A stretch of 62,807 bases of DNA, the filler included. It is 6 parts of 6 records of this genome, joined end to end, with 100 filler letters (N's around TTAATTAATTAA, not from the genome) between each part and the next. Parts side by side here need not be neighbours in the genome. Positions count along the whole stretch, not along the records: positions 57,584 to 62,807 come from SRR31156797_26709; 5 more parts are not named here. One strand, 5' to 3'. The position numbers were made by a program, and so were the translations under genes. A model generated the notes under the pieces. It was not told the origin of the DNA, did no database searches, and saw only the letters and a program-made list of their open reading frames with translations. Every line of letters starts with the position of its first letter. The first letter of the stretch is position 1. Positions 61,089 through 62,807 of this stretch are shown here, piece after piece.

Positions 61089-61189
61089 GCAATCCTCCTT
61101 GATTGCCCCGCGCTGTTTTCGAGCATCCTTTTGCTACGCGGGTTTGTGTTTTCGCCGGAGTGTGTTTCCTCCTTACCGCAATCCGCGGT
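61089..61189 (-). promoter_or_regulatory. Candidate CsrA-binding GGA hairpins in flagellin leader
   Basis: Three stem-loops with GGA in the loop, the last carrying the SD sequence. Confidence 0.7.
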
Positions 61190-61211
61190 CACGGTCCGGC
61201 GTTTTCGCGGG

Positions 61212-61463
61212 TCAGCGTTTCTTACGCGGTGCCCGCATTGGTGAATTCGCTTGTGTGATTATCGTGATGTCCTCTGGGCTGACTTGCGCCGCCTGCTCAT
61301 TTTCTCGCTGGATGGCGTCATACACTTCCTTGCGATGAACCGTCACATGCGACGGCGCATTTATGCCCAATCGGACCTTGTCTCCCCGCACGTCCACAAC
61401 CGTGATCTCGATCTCGTCTCCGATCATGATTGTTTCGTCGCGGGTTCTTGACAGCACCAACAT
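61212..61463 (-). CDS. csrA: Carbon storage regulator
   Basis: MLVLSR...E.I.IG, KVRLGI.AP and VHRKEVY motifs. Confidence 0.96.
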   Translation of the reverse strand: MLVLSRTRDETIMIGDEIEITVVDVRGDKVRLGINAPSHVTVHRKEVYDAIQRENEQAAQVSPEDITIITQANSPMRAPRKKR

Positions 61464-61678
61464 CCTCGGCTCCTTCCTTGGCTATGCCGATGCGTGTGGT
61501 TCCGCGCAATCTCTTTCGAACCGGGCCCCCCGCATTGGGTACCTGGATCGTCCGGCACGCGACATCGCGCCGGAGGGACTTGCGCCTTGTATACCGAACG
61601 GGATCGGATGCTCGAAAACCAATCAGCCGTTGTTTTCCGAGTATACTCGATTTGTCGCCGATCCCATACCCGGTCCGA

Positions 61679-62137
61679 TCAGGCTGTTTTGGTGGCAGCG
61701 GCTGGCTCTTCCTTCGCCGGAATCCGCATCAGCGGATGGCGGGTCGAGTACCGCTTATCACTGAGGACCAGTTGCCTCGCTTTGCGATTGTCCACGGATA
61801 CAACCAGCGGGCCTTGCAGGTTGCCTGTGAGCATGTCGCCGATCTTGTTGACGATAATGAACACCTGGGCACCGTCAGGGTCGTTCAATCCCATGGTTTC
61901 CAGCTCGTCAGCCCGGATTGGGGCTCGGTAATCGGCTACGAACAAACGAGGGTCACACACAATGAAAGCGAGTTCAGGTCTGTCGACGGCCTGCAGCCAG
62001 TAAAAGCCGCTGTCTTCGCCAGTCTGTACAAGTGCGAACTGTTTCGAGTCGGGGAATCCAAGAATCCCGTCCTCAAACGAAATCAGACGCTGTTCATCCA
62101 CTTCCAAAGGTCCAAAGCGCGACGTTTCGATAATCAT
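61679..62137 (-). CDS. fliW: Flagellar assembly factor, CsrA antagonist
   Basis: T.RFG, GILGF, WLQ, LAF...P and T.NL.GP motifs. Confidence 0.94.
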   Translation of the reverse strand: MIIETSRFGPLEVDEQRLISFEDGILGFPDSKQFALVQTGEDSGFYWLQAVDRPELAFIVCDPRLFVADYRAPIRADELETMGLNDPDGAQVFIIVNKIGDMLTGNLQGPLVVSVDNRKARQLVLSDKRYSTRHPLMRIPAKEEPAAATKTA

Positions 62138-62394
62138 CGCGAACACTCCATAAGGCCCCTGATCCTAATCGATCGGACTTTTCCGACGTTGACCGACCTC
62201 CGGTCAATTGCTCTTCGTCGTCCAGTCCTCGCGCGAACTTCCCCATTGTTGTTCGCGGCCCGGCTTCTCCCGCCGGGTTGACCGTCTCGCACTGCGACCG
62301 GGCCATCCTGCCGCATACGAGGTTCTCTTTTTTCTTCTGCCGCCTTCTGCGGCCTTGCTTCCATTCGTTTTCTTTCGCCTCCAGAGCGATTCGC

Positions 62395-62807
62395 CTACAT
62401 GTAGTCCATCAGGGACATGTTCATCAGTTGCGAACCGGTCATCAGCGATGCCTGCAGAGCCGTCTGGGCCGACTGCCACTGGGTGACAGCGGATGCGTAA
62501 TCCAGGTCTCGTACCTGGGAGAGAAGCTCTTCCGTGGCAAAACGCGTATCCTGCATCTGGGTCAGCCGTTGCTGGAATCCGCGGGATTCCGCTCCGACCT
62601 GGCCCTGGATCTCAACAATCTGGTCCATCGCCGGGGTCAGGCGTTCGGCTGCTTCACTGAGGGCTTTCTGGTCATTCGCCTCGAGAGCCCGCTGCAGGTC
62701 ATAGAGGGCGGTCAACGCGTTATCCGCCCGGGTTTCATTTGTATTGGATCCGGTGTACGTCAGGTTGACTTCATCCCAAACGCCGTCAGCCAGACCGAGG
62801 TCATCAA
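62395..62807 (-). CDS. flgL: Hook-associated protein 3 C-terminus, partial
   Basis: Frame is open to the window end; D.DY..A.......ALQASL......SLMDYM; lies upstream of fliW. Confidence 0.8.
   Translation of the reverse strand, partial: DDLGLADGVWDEVNLTYTGSNTNETRADNALTALYDLQRALEANDQKALSEAAERLTPAMDQIVEIQGQVGAESRGFQQRLTQMQDTRFATEELLSQVRDLDYASAVTQWQSAQTALQASLMTGSQLMNMSLMDYM

Noticed and set aside
61430..62281. 283-aa plus-strand ORF and other ORFs around fliW/csrA
   Set aside because: Antisense to fliW and csrA, Arg/Pro-rich, with no motifs.
61464..62394. Sigma28 promoter for the flagellar genes
   Set aside because: No TAAA-N15-GCCGATAA match with correct spacing found by eye.

Overview
This window is not one locus. 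It is six unrelated contigs joined by 100-nt artificial spacers (N44-TTAATTAATTAA-N44) at 16532-16631, 30190-30289, 45029-45128, 50303-50402 and 57484-57583, so no neighbourhood inference should cross a spacer. Taxonomic labels are inferred from gene content and composition. (1) 1-16531, AT-rich, FCB-superphylum-like: a Wzx/Wzy polysaccharide cluster with two Wzi-like paralogs, a 923-aa secreted NlpC/P60-like protein with a T9SS-like CTD, a small secreted protein ending TWGSIKAMFR, and a partial CNT transporter. (2) 16632-30189, GC-rich, spirochaete-like: CBS-ACT protein, 7TM-DISM diguanylate cyclase, malic enzyme, Ldh_2 oxidoreductase, DeoR, AEC transporter, two UroD/MtaA-like proteins with two AraC and one LacI regulator, and a partial sugar-binding protein. 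(3) 30290-45028, Bacteroidota: three T9SS cargo proteins, a tiny PID-CTERM-like protein, a short M13 peptidase, an FtsX permease and a TPR-LytS/LytTR pair. (4) 45129-50302, Bacteroidota housekeeping genes: dcp, flavin reductase, ispG, gldA. (5) 50403-57483: TetM-like GTPase, UbiA prenyltransferase, dapH, a C25 peptidase with a Cys-rich tail, and a MshEN-HD-REC protein. (6) 57584-62807, Phycisphaerae-like: GH13 with a dockerin-like tail, then flgL-fliW-csrA-flagellin. I saw no CRISPR array, rRNA, tRNA, transposase, integrase or reverse transcriptase. The best leads are candidate C-terminal sorting signals (TWGxIK, PID-CTERM-like micro-protein, short GCS tail), the UroD-like catabolic island and several cis-regulatory structures.
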